Below, one piece after another: positions 41,176 through 50,738 of a DNA stretch of 64,000 nt. Below the pieces are notes generated by a model. The model was not told the DNA's origin, ran no database searches, and saw nothing but the letters and a program-made list of their open reading frames with translations. This DNA comes from an uncultured delta proteobacterium (lineage in GTDB: Bacteria; Desulfobacterota; Desulfuromonadia; Geobacterales; DSM-12255), in assembly GCA_963787125.1 (NCBI GenBank), contig CAWBBV010000007.1, positions 384,001 through 448,000 of the forward strand. Direction: 5' to 3'. Within the stretch, counting starts at the first letter, position 1. The number at the start of each line of letters is the position of its first letter. The translations under genes were made by a program, and so were the position numbers.

Positions 41176-43410
41176 TTAAATAGAATAGCCTATCCGGAAC
41201 GCGCCCCAATGTTCTCCATCGATAAAGACGGGGGCGGAGATGTCCCACATCTTCTCTCCCGTGTCGCGGTTATATGTCTGCACGAGGACACCCTCAAGGT
41301 TATGTGCCCCGTTCAACCCAACCGGATCATTGAACATCCGTTTTGTCCGGTTACCAAGCTTGTCTTTTTCTATGTTGCCGGTCAGAGGTTTGCTGAATTT
41401 GGTGTTGTGTGTCGGCAGGTAGCCATTTTTGTCAACCAGGACGGCAAAGACAACCTGATCGTCCAGTTGCAGAAATTTATCAAGGGGTTGCTGGATATTA
41501 AGATCAGTGTAGCTGTCGTATGCTGTATGATATTTTTGCGGGTCAGTCCCCGGAATTGGGATGTAGTTAGTGTCGAACAGTTGAGACCGGGTCAGATGGC
41601 CTTTGGCAAGTGCTGCCGATAATATTTCAACCATTATGGAGGCACCCTCAGCGGCGCTTTTGCAGCCTTTTTCCTGGATCTCATGTTCCAGCAGGTTTCT
41701 CAGCTTCTCTGACAACTCCTTAATGTTGAGAATGGCTAAATCGGTTTCGCCGGTGGTGTCCGCGACTTGATGAGCTGCATCTCTCACTTCATTCATAGTT
41801 TCGGCAATCTGCTGGCAGGCTGAGGTCTGCTGTTTGGTCGAAAGCGTTATCTCTTTTGCAGTCTGGGCGGTTTTTTCAACAACTTTCATGAGTTGCGCAA
41901 ACGATAGATCTACTTTCTCAACCTGCCTGCCCGAGGCTTCAACACCTTTAGAGCCCTCTACTGTCAGTGTGATGGTGTTGTCTGTCGCCAGCCGTATTTC
42001 AGTGATCAACTCTCTGATCTGTCTGGTGGCGTTGACTGTGCGCTCAGCCAAACGTCGTACCTCTTTGGCAACCACGGCAAACCTTTTACCATGCTCACCG
42101 GCACCAGTGGACTCTATGGCGGCATTCAGGGCAAGAAGGTTTGTCTGATCGCTGATGCCGTCAATAATTTCAATAATCCCGCCGATTCGCTGACTGTCTT
42201 CGCCAAGTCGGATCATGCTCTTTGTTATCTCCGCTACCTGCGACTTTAATAATTCCATGCCGTCAATTGCAGCACTTACATCTGCAGAACCGGAAATGCA
42301 GGTATTGTTGGCTTCATCGGCCCAATTCTCCACGAGTCCGGCATTGTTCATTATTTCTCTAGCAGTTATGGCAACTTCGCTGGCTGTTGCTGTGAGTTGC
42401 TGCACTGATGCTGCCAACTCGGTTGTCGACGACGACTGCTGAAAGCTGATTGTCGCTAATTGTTCAGATGAGCCTGCCAACTGGGAAACAGCGTCTTTAA
42501 TTGAGATGAAGAGTAACTTGCTTTTGCCGATCTCCAGTTTCAGGTTTTTCACAATTATTGAGGTCATCCTGTTGAAAGCGGCTGATACTGTGCCGATTTC
42601 ATCGTTACTGAGAACAGGGATCTCTTCTTCAAGTTGGCCGTCTGCAAGTCGTGTTACCGCCGCTGTCAACATATGCAGTGGTTTTATCAAAAGAGAAACT
42701 ACCGCGATGATTGTGAGCGAAGATATGACGAGCATGAGCAGCATCGCGGTAATGATGTGGCTTCTTAACTCGGCAATCCTTTTTTCAGTTTTAGCCATTG
42801 AAAATCCGACCCGAAATGCACCCCAATGTTTATCCTTGACATATACCGGGGCGGAGAAATCCCACATTACCTCACCGGTATCACGCTGATAATCCTGTTT
42901 GAGAAACTCGCCGACGTTTTTTACTGAGGCAAGACCGACAGGGTCATTGAAAATTCTTTTTGAACGGCTGAATGCCTTGTCTTTTTCAATATCACCTGTT
43001 TGTGGCAGTGAAAATTTGGAGTTGTGCGCCGGAGCGTAGCCGTTGCGATCAAGCAGGGCGGCATAAGCAATTTCGTCATCTTTAAGGAATGAGTCTTCTA
43101 TGGCCGGGATAATTTTTTCCAGATAGGCATCGTATTTTGTGTTGAATTTAGGTGGGTTGCTTCCGGGGATTGGAATATAGTTGCTGTCAAGTATCTCCTC
43201 AACTTTGAATTTTCCCTCTGCAACCGCCCTGTTAAGCACAGTCGTCATGCTTGCTGCGCCAGAAATCGCCAGGATACGTCCTTTTGCAAGGATTTCTGCA
43301 CGCATGGTTTCGCTGCGCCAGTTAACAAAATAAACGGTGAACGCAGACATAATAATAATCATGACGATTATAAGTATGCCGACAATTTTTACCGAGAGTT
43401 TTTTCGCCAT
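41176..43410 (-). CDS. Methyl-accepting chemotaxis protein with a duplicated sensor domain (periplasmic and C-terminal cytoplasmic copies)
   Basis: TM1-domain-TM2-HAMP-signalling ([35 protein letters not shown]), then a second copy of the periplasmic domain. Confidence 0.92.
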   Translation of the reverse strand: MAKKLSVKIVGILIIVMIIIMSAFTVYFVNWRSETMRAEILAKGRILAISGAASMTTVLNRAVAEGKFKVEEILDSNYIPIPGSNPPKFNTKYDAYLEKIIPAIEDSFLKDDEIAYAALLDRNGYAPAHNSKFSLPQTGDIEKDKAFSRSKRIFNDPVGLASVKNVGEFLKQDYQRDTGEVMWDFSAPVYVKDKHWGAFRVGFSMAKTEKRIAELRSHIITAMLLMLVISSLTIIAVVSLLIKPLHMLTAAVTRLADGQLEEEIPVLSNDEIGTVSAAFNRMTSIIVKNLKLEIGKSKLLFISIKDAVSQLAGSSEQLATISFQQSSSTTELAASVQQLTATASEVAITAREIMNNAGLVENWADEANNTCISGSADVSAAIDGMELLKSQVAEITKSMIRLGEDSQRIGGIIEIIDGISDQTNLLALNAAIESTGAGEHGKRFAVVAKEVRRLAERTVNATRQIRELITEIRLATDNTITLTVEGSKGVEASGRQVEKVDLSFAQLMKVVEKTAQTAKEITLSTKQQTSACQQIAETMNEVRDAAHQVADTTGETDLAILNIKELSEKLRNLLEHEIQEKGCKSAAEGASIMVEILSAALAKGHLTRSQLFDTNYIPIPGTDPQKYHTAYDSYTDLNIQQPLDKFLQLDDQVVFAVLVDKNGYLPTHNTKFSKPLTGNIEKDKLGNRTKRMFNDPVGLNGAHNLEGVLVQTYNRDTGEKMWDISAPVFIDGEHWGAFRIGYSI

Positions 43411-43668
43411 GTCCCCTCCTGATTGAGAAAAACTGAATTAATGTAGCGCAAAAAGCGACTTGTGTAAATAAAATAGCGTTATACTGTGTTGTGCTTTGCT
43501 GTTGGGCATGTTATATGTTTTTTAATGTTTGCTGGTGCTGTAAATGTAATTACATGATATTGATGTTCTACTTCTAACTGGGGATGCTACGTCAGGTTTG
43601 ATTGCAATAAGTGGTAATAAATTGGCAGCTATGTTATCAGTTGAGCAATAAGGCTAACGGGGAACGTA

Positions 43669-44505
43669 ATGGAACAGGTGAAACAGCTGGGTACGCTGCT
43701 GGTTGAGAAGGATATTATCTCAACCAAAACTCTTGAAAGGGCTCTTGTTCGGCAAAAGGGGAGTGGTAAGAGACTCGGTGTCGTGCTTGAAGAGATGGGC
43801 GTAATAACAGAAGAAGAGCTGGTGGATGCCCTCGGAAAGCAGTTCGGCTTCAAGACGGCCAAGGGTTTCGCCGGCTACTCATTCCCTCACGATATTTTAA
43901 AGCATATTCATGTGGATATGGCGGTTCAAAAACTGATCTTTCCGCTTAAGGTGCACGACGGTATGCTTGCCATTGCGGTTACGGATCCATTCGATCTTGA
44001 CACCTTTGATTTTTTGACGAAAAAGACCGGCATGAAGATTCTGCCGGTTTTGTCAACCAGAGAAGAGATAATGGCGGCAATAACAAACCACTATCTTAAA
44101 GGCAAAAGTGAAGCTTCGGGGCGGAAAAAGGTTTTAGTCGTTGATGACACTAGTACTGTAACTGCAATAATTGCAGCTGCTCTCAGTAAAGAGGGGTATG
44201 CAGTTTTTGAGGCAGGTGATGGTGTTGAAGGTCTCAAGTTGGCGATGGCAGAGAGACCTGACCTTATTATCTGTGACTCAATCATGCCAAGAATGGACGG
44301 ATTTGCCATGATGAGAGCCATCAGGGCAAATCCAGCGACAGCTTCAATCCCTGCCATTCTTTTGACGTCAAAAGCAAGCGGGGAAGATGAACAACGTGCA
44401 TTTGAAGCAGGGTTCCTCGATTTTGTGCCAAAACCGGTCCAGCCAATCAGGATCATTTCAAGGGTAAAGCGGGCTTTTACCCTGATTACGGCCATGAAAA
44501 AGTAA
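43669..44505 (+). CDS. MshEN (T2SSE_N) domain plus response regulator receiver
   Basis: QLGTLL...LERALVRQ and RLGVVL...LVDALGKQ tandem motifs, AVTDPFD, then VVDD...CDSIMPRMDG...LTS...PKP. Confidence 0.85.
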   Translation: MEQVKQLGTLLVEKDIISTKTLERALVRQKGSGKRLGVVLEEMGVITEEELVDALGKQFGFKTAKGFAGYSFPHDILKHIHVDMAVQKLIFPLKVHDGMLAIAVTDPFDLDTFDFLTKKTGMKILPVLSTREEIMAAITNHYLKGKSEASGRKKVLVVDDTSTVTAIIAAALSKEGYAVFEAGDGVEGLKLAMAERPDLIICDSIMPRMDGFAMMRAIRANPATASIPAILLTSKASGEDEQRAFEAGFLDFVPKPVQPIRIISRVKRAFTLITAMKK

Positions 44506-44508
44506 TTT

Positions 44509-45453
44509 TCAGAACTGAAGATTGGGTCTGAAGACGAAGGTAAAACTGTTATTGTCTTTGTCTCTCAAGCTACCTGAATAACTTCTGTTATTCTGCCAGA
44601 TCATCCCAAAATCAACTTTTAACGCCACCATGTAATCTGTCAGCGGCAGTTTCTTCCCGATTATATACTCCTGCCTCAGAAGATTTCCATCAGCCAGGCC
44701 GAAGTCCCATCTGAAGTCAAAGCTACTGTTCTTGAGCCATGAAAGCGCTGATGAGTTGAAGTCGAGGTTACTCCTTCTCAGTCCCAGATAGGCAACGTCA
44801 GCAATCTCGGGATTTTCGTGGAGTTTTGAGCCCAACCTGAAACTCCAACTCAGCTTTTCATCGCTGAAGTTTCTTTCGCCTTTCATTTTCCACTCTATTT
44901 CAACCAATTTGTCATTTATAAGGACATTGTTCTTGATATGCTGATCTGCAAAGGTGAAGAGATACCCCATATAACCTTTGTTAGAGCCGTTACGGGCTTC
45001 ATCCGGCTTTACAAAAGTGACAACGTCACCGAAAAAAATCGAAAAGGAGTAAGGCTCCTGAAAACCTGCTGTTATCGCAGTAATAAGGTTAAGGTCGTCG
45101 CCAAAGCCGGCGCTGTCGTAAAAGCTGCGATTATTTTTTTTCAGGTATGTTCCGAGTAGCGGCATTGGAAAAAGGCTGGCTTCAAGCAGTACGAATCTGG
45201 GAGTGAGTGAGCCGAGGAAGAGCTTTTTGTAAACAGCCCCTTCATCAGATTCACCTATGTCTGGTATCGCTTTATCGGTAAGGGGAATGTGGAGTCCAAG
45301 GCTGGAGTAATATGCATCCAGCTCTGGAGTCAGTTCCATTTTTGCTTTGCCGGTGTTGACGATAGGTGCTGCCGGAGGGTTTTCGGCTGATAACAGTTTA
45401 AGCGGTGTCAGTAAAGTCAGGACGCATAAAATTGATAAGATGCGGCGGTGCAC
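44509..45453 (-). CDS. Secreted or outer-membrane hypothetical protein
   Basis: Signal peptide, amphipathic beta-strands and C-terminal Phe (FVFRPNLQF). Confidence 0.6.
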   Translation of the reverse strand: MHRRILSILCVLTLLTPLKLLSAENPPAAPIVNTGKAKMELTPELDAYYSSLGLHIPLTDKAIPDIGESDEGAVYKKLFLGSLTPRFVLLEASLFPMPLLGTYLKKNNRSFYDSAGFGDDLNLITAITAGFQEPYSFSIFFGDVVTFVKPDEARNGSNKGYMGYLFTFADQHIKNNVLINDKLVEIEWKMKGERNFSDEKLSWSFRLGSKLHENPEIADVAYLGLRRSNLDFNSSALSWLKNSSFDFRWDFGLADGNLLRQEYIIGKKLPLTDYMVALKVDFGMIWQNNRSYSGSLRDKDNNSFTFVFRPNLQF

Positions 45454-45620
45454 TTATTTCTCGCCGGACTTCAGGTAGAAATAGATAATCAGCAAAAATG
45501 GAAGCGGCATGAATGCCGCTTCCAGATTCCCTTTGAAAAGTTGCCAGGTTGCGAAGCAGACGAGGCCAATTGTGAAGAGTATGGTTAAAAATGCGGGGAG
45601 TTTTCTTGTTAACATCTAAC

Positions 45621-46691
45621 TTAGTTGTCGTAAGTGAGTTTGCGCTCAAGATCCATTGAATGGGAAAGCCTCTTAGCATCCTCCATAGAGATGATATCCT
45701 GCCGGTAGAGCTGCAACAGATGCTGGTCCAGGGTCTGCATCTGGTAGAGAGACTGCCCGTTTTCAATATGTTTTTCAATCTCCTCGAGTCTGCCTTCGCG
45801 AATGCATGTCTGGATAGTTGTTGTGGATCTCATGATTTCGACTACCGGTAAGATCCTTTCGCCGGTTTTGTCTTTTATAAGCCTTAAGGAGACAACTGCG
45901 ACAAGAATGTCGGCAAGTCGCTGCCGCACAATCTCTTGAGATTCCGGCGGGAAGTTGCCGAGGAGTCTGTTAATTGTTGATACAGCGCTCTGGGTGTGAA
46001 GAGTTGAAAAAACCAGATGTCCTGTCTCGGCAGCTTTTATGCACGAGTCGATGGTCTCCTTGTCTCGCAGTTCGCCAACCATTATGACGTCCGGGTCCAT
46101 TCTGAGCGATGCTTTGAGGGCGGCATTAAAGTCAATAGTGTCAATGCCCACTTCACGCTGGATAATGCAGCTGCGTTGCGATGTGAACAGGAATTCAATA
46201 GGATCTTCTATGGTAATGATGTTGTAAGTCTGGCTTTCGTTCAATAGCCGTATCATTGATGCAAGCGTAGTGGACTTGCCGTTGCCTGTCGGCCCGGTTA
46301 CAAGAATCAGCCCGTTGGGCGCCTTTACGATTTCAGCGAGAATCGGCGGCAGATTAAGCTCTTCAAGTGTACCGATGTGCGGAGGGATGACGCGCATGAT
46401 TATGCCAAAGTTTCCTCGCTGCCTGAAAATGCTGACGCGAAATCTCCCGCCGGTCGGCAGAGCGTAAGAGGCATCGAGCTCCTTCATGTCATTGAGCAGT
46501 TTGCGACCGTTATGTTCCATAACAGTCGTCGCGATGAACTCGGTGTCCTTGGGGGTCAAATTCGGTAGTTTGGAGCGGATAAGCTGACCTCTTCCGCGGA
46601 AGAAAGGGGGATTGTCCACTTCAAAGTGGAGGTCAGAGACTTTTTTCTGAAATGCGATGTCCAGGATTTGATTAAGTATTTTTGCGTCCAT
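45621..46691 (-). CDS. pilT: PilT/PilU family retraction ATPase paralogue
   Basis: SDLH, GPTGNGKSTT, TIEDPIE, QREVG.D, DPDVIMVGELRD, ETGHLVFSTLHT and MQTLDQ. Confidence 0.88.
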   Translation of the reverse strand: MDAKILNQILDIAFQKKVSDLHFEVDNPPFFRGRGQLIRSKLPNLTPKDTEFIATTVMEHNGRKLLNDMKELDASYALPTGGRFRVSIFRQRGNFGIIMRVIPPHIGTLEELNLPPILAEIVKAPNGLILVTGPTGNGKSTTLASMIRLLNESQTYNIITIEDPIEFLFTSQRSCIIQREVGIDTIDFNAALKASLRMDPDVIMVGELRDKETIDSCIKAAETGHLVFSTLHTQSAVSTINRLLGNFPPESQEIVRQRLADILVAVVSLRLIKDKTGERILPVVEIMRSTTTIQTCIREGRLEEIEKHIENGQSLYQMQTLDQHLLQLYRQDIISMEDAKRLSHSMDLERKLTYDN

Positions 46692-46744
46692 GGGTAGATC
46701 CTTCCCTGTGTTAAAAGTCAGTTGAGCTCAACAGCCTGCAGTTA

Positions 46745-48496
46745 TCAATGCTGAGATTGAAGCATTTTCTCGAATTTTTTTCGGTAAAGCGCGTTTTCAT
46801 ATACAACTCCGGCATGTGCTACGAGTGTCAATATCATGTCAGAATCAACAGCTGTCGGTTGCCTGGAGCCAAAATCTCCATATGTTACTGCCAGAACTCT
46901 GCCCAGGCATTTAAAAGGGACCACTATAAACTGTCTAGTCGTCGGCGGTTCGATTTGACTGTAAATCTTTTCAGCCAGGAGCTGATTGTTGCTTTCTCCC
47001 GAGAAAATAGTTCCACTCGAAACGGCTTGATGCAGCGGAGAGTCACCTTCCAGCGGCATACTGATAGCGAGTGGCTCAATAGTCGCTGAAGTAGAGATGC
47101 TGTCGCAAATCAGTTCGGATCTACGCACCACAAAAGTGACGGCACGAACCATGACAGTGGCTACATATCGGTCGATTACCGCTGTAATTTCATTGAGCTC
47201 TCTCTGCGTAGTCATTTTGCGCATAGCTTCTGTGAAAATATCGGGTAGAGCTGTTCCCATCTTTGCCGGGGAAACTTTCAGGCATTTTTTCACAGTTTCG
47301 AGAAAATAGATCGAGTCTTCTACAAAAGAGTCTTTTCGCAGGATATTGTCAGGCTTCGGAATCGCTGCACGGGCTCCTGAGCGCATTACATCGAGAGTGC
47401 CTCTGTAGTTGCCACTGTTTGTCAGATGAAAAACAGGAAGCCCCGGGTGTTTTTCTAAAATCCTTGAGGTCAAACCGGCCAAGTCCACGAGAGAAGGTTG
47501 TTGCGGCTGGTCGAGAAGTATCACAGGCAGCAGCTGTTTTGAAAGTGACTGATTGATTATAAGGTCGAGGTGATCTTCTTCGTCGGTAGAAAAGGTAAAG
47601 AACCCCTCCTGTTTGCAAGCGGTCATAACGGTGTGACGGATGAATTCAGAGCTGCTGAAAATTATCAGGGCATGGGTTGTTACCTGAGAATGTTCACCAG
47701 TGTCGCCAACAGCGTTAATAACAGTTTTCGAAAGGTAGGAAAAGAGCTGTTCTTGTTGCTCTTGAGGGATATTGTCGAGAGAAGCGCCGGTCTTGTCCCG
47801 GTGAATAATCGTCGGGTCGTGTATCTTGACCGGGGTGAAAAATCCGGGGATCACCTTTTCCAGGTCATCCATAACATCCAGACCAAGATCGTCGATTGAA
47901 ATGATCTGATCGTTGTCAGCTGACGAGGTCTGGTTAAAAGAGTCCTGATGCTCTTCTTCCCGCTGGAATGTATCTTCCATCAACGTGCCGTCACGTTTCT
48001 TTTCATCATAGATGCGCAGGGCATCCATAAGCACATTCTGGGTGTTCAGATTCAAATTCTCAGGGATGTAACGATATTCATCTGAAATTACGGTTGCATC
48101 AACATCAAGCTCAAAAGTCCCTTCAGTCCAGGTGAGCACTTCAACAATTGTCAGCTCGATGAGTGTCTCAAGCCCTTTAAAAGCATCTTCCTTCTTGAGG
48201 TTGCCGCTCTCAATCAACGAAGCAATCAGAGGTATCCTCTCGGCGCCGGCTCGTTTTTGCTCGGCAAGAGTTGCATCAAGGGTCTCGCGGGAGATTTTGT
48301 TCATCTGGACAAGTATCTGGCCGATGCGAACACTATTATTTGAATGATTTGCGCTGACAATGCCGCCATTACTAAAGACGAGCTGACTCTCCCCTTTACT
48401 GCTCTTAAGGCAGAGAGTGCCGGATTTCCTGGTAGCGTGAAGCAGTTGGATTACGTCCACAATGGGGAGATGCTCAAGATCACCGACAAATGACAT
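46745..48496 (-). CDS. DUF4388 (PATAN-like) domain protein with MshEN-like motif, degenerate receiver and GAF-like C-terminus
   Basis: MSFVGDL..L.IVDVIQLL...RKSGTL, RIGQILV....I....L...L.EQ, W.EGTF.L and ..LMDALRIYDE. Confidence 0.78.
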   Translation of the reverse strand: MSFVGDLEHLPIVDVIQLLHATRKSGTLCLKSSKGESQLVFSNGGIVSANHSNNSVRIGQILVQMNKISRETLDATLAEQKRAGAERIPLIASLIESGNLKKEDAFKGLETLIELTIVEVLTWTEGTFELDVDATVISDEYRYIPENLNLNTQNVLMDALRIYDEKKRDGTLMEDTFQREEEHQDSFNQTSSADNDQIISIDDLGLDVMDDLEKVIPGFFTPVKIHDPTIIHRDKTGASLDNIPQEQQEQLFSYLSKTVINAVGDTGEHSQVTTHALIIFSSSEFIRHTVMTACKQEGFFTFSTDEEDHLDLIINQSLSKQLLPVILLDQPQQPSLVDLAGLTSRILEKHPGLPVFHLTNSGNYRGTLDVMRSGARAAIPKPDNILRKDSFVEDSIYFLETVKKCLKVSPAKMGTALPDIFTEAMRKMTTQRELNEITAVIDRYVATVMVRAVTFVVRRSELICDSISTSATIEPLAISMPLEGDSPLHQAVSSGTIFSGESNNQLLAEKIYSQIEPPTTRQFIVVPFKCLGRVLAVTYGDFGSRQPTAVDSDMILTLVAHAGVVYENALYRKKFEKMLQSQH

Positions 48497-48591
48497 TCGC
48501 TGCAGACCTCTCAATTAGTCTAATTGTTTGCACACTATAGCGCTAACTGTCACTCCGATTCAAGAAGCTTTTCATTATGAGAAAAGAAGAT

Positions 48592-48621
48592 AAAAAAAGC
48601 CCCGAAAAAGTCGGGTCTTTT
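48592..48621. terminator. Terminator-like hairpin
   Basis: AAAAAAAGCCCCGA-AAAAG-TCGGGTCTTTT, an imperfect stem with A/T runs on both sides. Confidence 0.45.
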
Positions 48622-48658
48622 GTCTGCCAATTATCTGCCGATAGTCAGAATCTAATTA

Positions 48659-50328
48659 GTGTCCATCCGGAAACCCCAGTTTAAGACGTACTGGACCTCC
48701 GGTCGCTGTTGGCAGTCTCTGCTTCGGAAGATTTTGACTACCACGTAACCAGTTTTATCTGCTCTTTCTCAATTTAATGACGCACTACACCCGTCGAGAT
48801 GCTTTTCGCTGCTGCTTTTGCCTTTTTAAGCCGCTTCCAGCTTGATCCGGGCTATGACCTGAAGGTTGTAGGCAAAGATCGAACTCCAGACATAACGTCT
48901 GAATCCTTCCCAACCTTTCCAGGTGCAGCGGTCAAGCCCGAAAGCTCTCTTGAGTGTGGAGATGTTGGCTTCGATACCGGCACGGAAGTTCCGCAACTTC
49001 TTGTACACCCAGGAACTCTTGGCCATGTCGATTACCGATAACCCGCGCTTCTTGGCAAAAACAGCGTCTTTTACGCCAAGGCCTTTTGCTTCCGTCAGGT
49101 TATCCTTCGATGCAAAGCCACCATCAGCACTTACCTGGCGCGGCACCCTGCGGAAGACCCCTTTGTACCGCTCCAGCATAGGGATGTATTGATCCGAGTC
49201 AGCCGGGTTGCCTTTGGCAATCAGGCAGTCAAGGATCAGGTTGGACTTGCCGCCGGTCAGAAATATCTTGTGGCCGAAGTGGGTCTCACGCCTCTTCTTG
49301 ACGATGATGTCGGTGTGGTCCTCAAAGAAGGATGTCACTTTATCTGATGCCGGCACCTTCTCGTTATGGAATACCCGTCGTTCGGTCTGACTGATAACCT
49401 TTTCCAGTAGACCCACTGCCCGTTTCAGCTGTGCGGCAAGATTCATGGCTGCAAGCATGTCACCAAGACCGTTTGCCTGGTACGCCTGCAGAGCCGGAAT
49501 CGCTTTATTGGCATAGCCGACAACCTTGCCCGCGTAGTGCGTCATGTCACGATAGGCCGAGACTCTATCCTCTTGTTTCTTGGCGTTGAGAATCACCATA
49601 AGCCGTTTCTTGACAACACGGCAATGGTCGCAATAGCTGTAGTCAGGACGGGGAGTAAGGGCATGACCCTCCTCAAGCCAACGGGTGATGACCCTGATCC
49701 CATCCCAGAGCAAGGTGGAATCAGAGGGATCATGAATGTTACTTTCGACAACGGTCGAGTCAATCCTGACTTTACGACCGGTTTCTATGCCGGCTTCCAT
49801 GGCATACTGCATGAGGCAGATATGAACTGCCTCCCAGGTCTCTTCGGAAAGCGGCTTGATGTTTTCCTGAAGAGTCGATGACGACGGATACTGTCCCATC
49901 TCCAGTCGGGCAAAGGCACGAAAGGATTTGGAATCTTCAAGATGAAACGCGAGCTCTTCATAAGAGAGGCTGCGAAACTGTTTCAGGACAACGCAGCGCA
50001 GCACCTGTTCTGCGGTCAGTCCCTCCCGGCCGGTATCCTGACGAGACTCTCTTGTCAGGTCGGAGAACACCAGATCAAGCATCTGGGGAGTGGCGTCGAG
50101 AATAGAAGAAATTGCTGCCAACTCTTTACCAATATCGTGACGCATGGTGACAGAGAAAAGGCTCATCTGTCGTGTCAGTTTTTGTCGCATCCGGAGTACC
50201 CCTGAAACCATAATGTGCAATGTTTACAGCTTGTTATGGTTTCAGGATAGCATAAAACGAGATAAAACTGAACCACTTTATGCAAAATATCTTAACAATT
50301 TCATCCGGTTATCTTTCCGGATGGAAAC
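48659..50328 (-). mobile_element. Complete insertion sequence, 1670 bp, ISNCY (ISDol1-like)
   Basis: Terminal IRs GTGTCCATCCGGAAA (48659-48673) and TTTCCGGATGGAAAC (50314-50328), 14/15 match. Flanked by direct repeat TAATTA (48653-48658 and 50329-50334). One transposase. Confidence 0.9.
48826..50190 (-). CDS. DDE transposase (ISNCY type)
   Basis: RIDSTVVE.NIH.P.DS.LL, FEDHTDIIVK..R...FGHK, ADGGFAS and RNFRAGIEANIS.LKR.FGL.RC.WKG; uninterrupted ORF. Confidence 0.9.
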   Translation of the reverse strand: MRQKLTRQMSLFSVTMRHDIGKELAAISSILDATPQMLDLVFSDLTRESRQDTGREGLTAEQVLRCVVLKQFRSLSYEELAFHLEDSKSFRAFARLEMGQYPSSSTLQENIKPLSEETWEAVHICLMQYAMEAGIETGRKVRIDSTVVESNIHDPSDSTLLWDGIRVITRWLEEGHALTPRPDYSYCDHCRVVKKRLMVILNAKKQEDRVSAYRDMTHYAGKVVGYANKAIPALQAYQANGLGDMLAAMNLAAQLKRAVGLLEKVISQTERRVFHNEKVPASDKVTSFFEDHTDIIVKKRRETHFGHKIFLTGGKSNLILDCLIAKGNPADSDQYIPMLERYKGVFRRVPRQVSADGGFASKDNLTEAKGLGVKDAVFAKKRGLSVIDMAKSSWVYKKLRNFRAGIEANISTLKRAFGLDRCTWKGWEGFRRYVWSSIFAYNLQVIARIKLEAA

Positions 50329-50414
50329 TAATTATATTTGCTGCCTTGAGATCCGGGGTCAATGGTTGTCCTGCGCCTGCGGATAAGGCTGCTGATGAGG
50401 GTGTGTGATGGGCC

Positions 50415-50462
50415 TGCTGCAAGTTTATGCTTAATTGCCTGCTTCTGATTAAATTATGTGCA
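50415..50462. promoter_or_regulatory. Candidate NtrC-type enhancer sites
   Basis: TGCTGCAAGTTTATGCT (50415-50431) and TGATTAAATTATGTGCA (50446-50462) loosely fit TGC-N11-GCA, 95-140 bp upstream of the sigma54 promoter. Confidence 0.35.
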
Positions 50463-50556
50463 GATCCCTGGCGGTGGCTTAGAGAATTAGCCATGTTTTG
50501 TTTGACCCTGCGTTGATATTATAGCTAACAGCCTTAAAATAAAGGGTTAAATTAAA

Positions 50557-50572
50557 TGGCACGGCTTATGCT
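50557..50572 (+). promoter_or_regulatory. sigma54 promoter of the porin-glnK-amtB operon
   Basis: TGGCACGGCTTATGCT, a near-consensus -24/-12. Confidence 0.88.
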
Positions 50573-50594
50573 TATGTTACGAAAACAATTTGAA

Positions 50595-50643
50595 TGCACA
50601 ATGAAGTGCACATGGTTGATGCAAGGATGGCAAAGATGCTGTC
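50595..50643 (+). promoter_or_regulatory. ANTAR dual-hexaloop RNA motif in the 5' leader
   Basis: TGCAC-AATGAA-GTGCA and GATGGC-AAAGAT-GCTGTC; both loops have A1 and G4; 15-nt linker. Confidence 0.75.
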
Positions 50644-50738
50644 GAACAGATTAAAAGATTGATTCAACTTTCCTTTGCTGGTGAACTTAAAATTAAATGG
50701 TTCACGGCCACTAAAACTAATTCAGAGGGGTAGATGAC

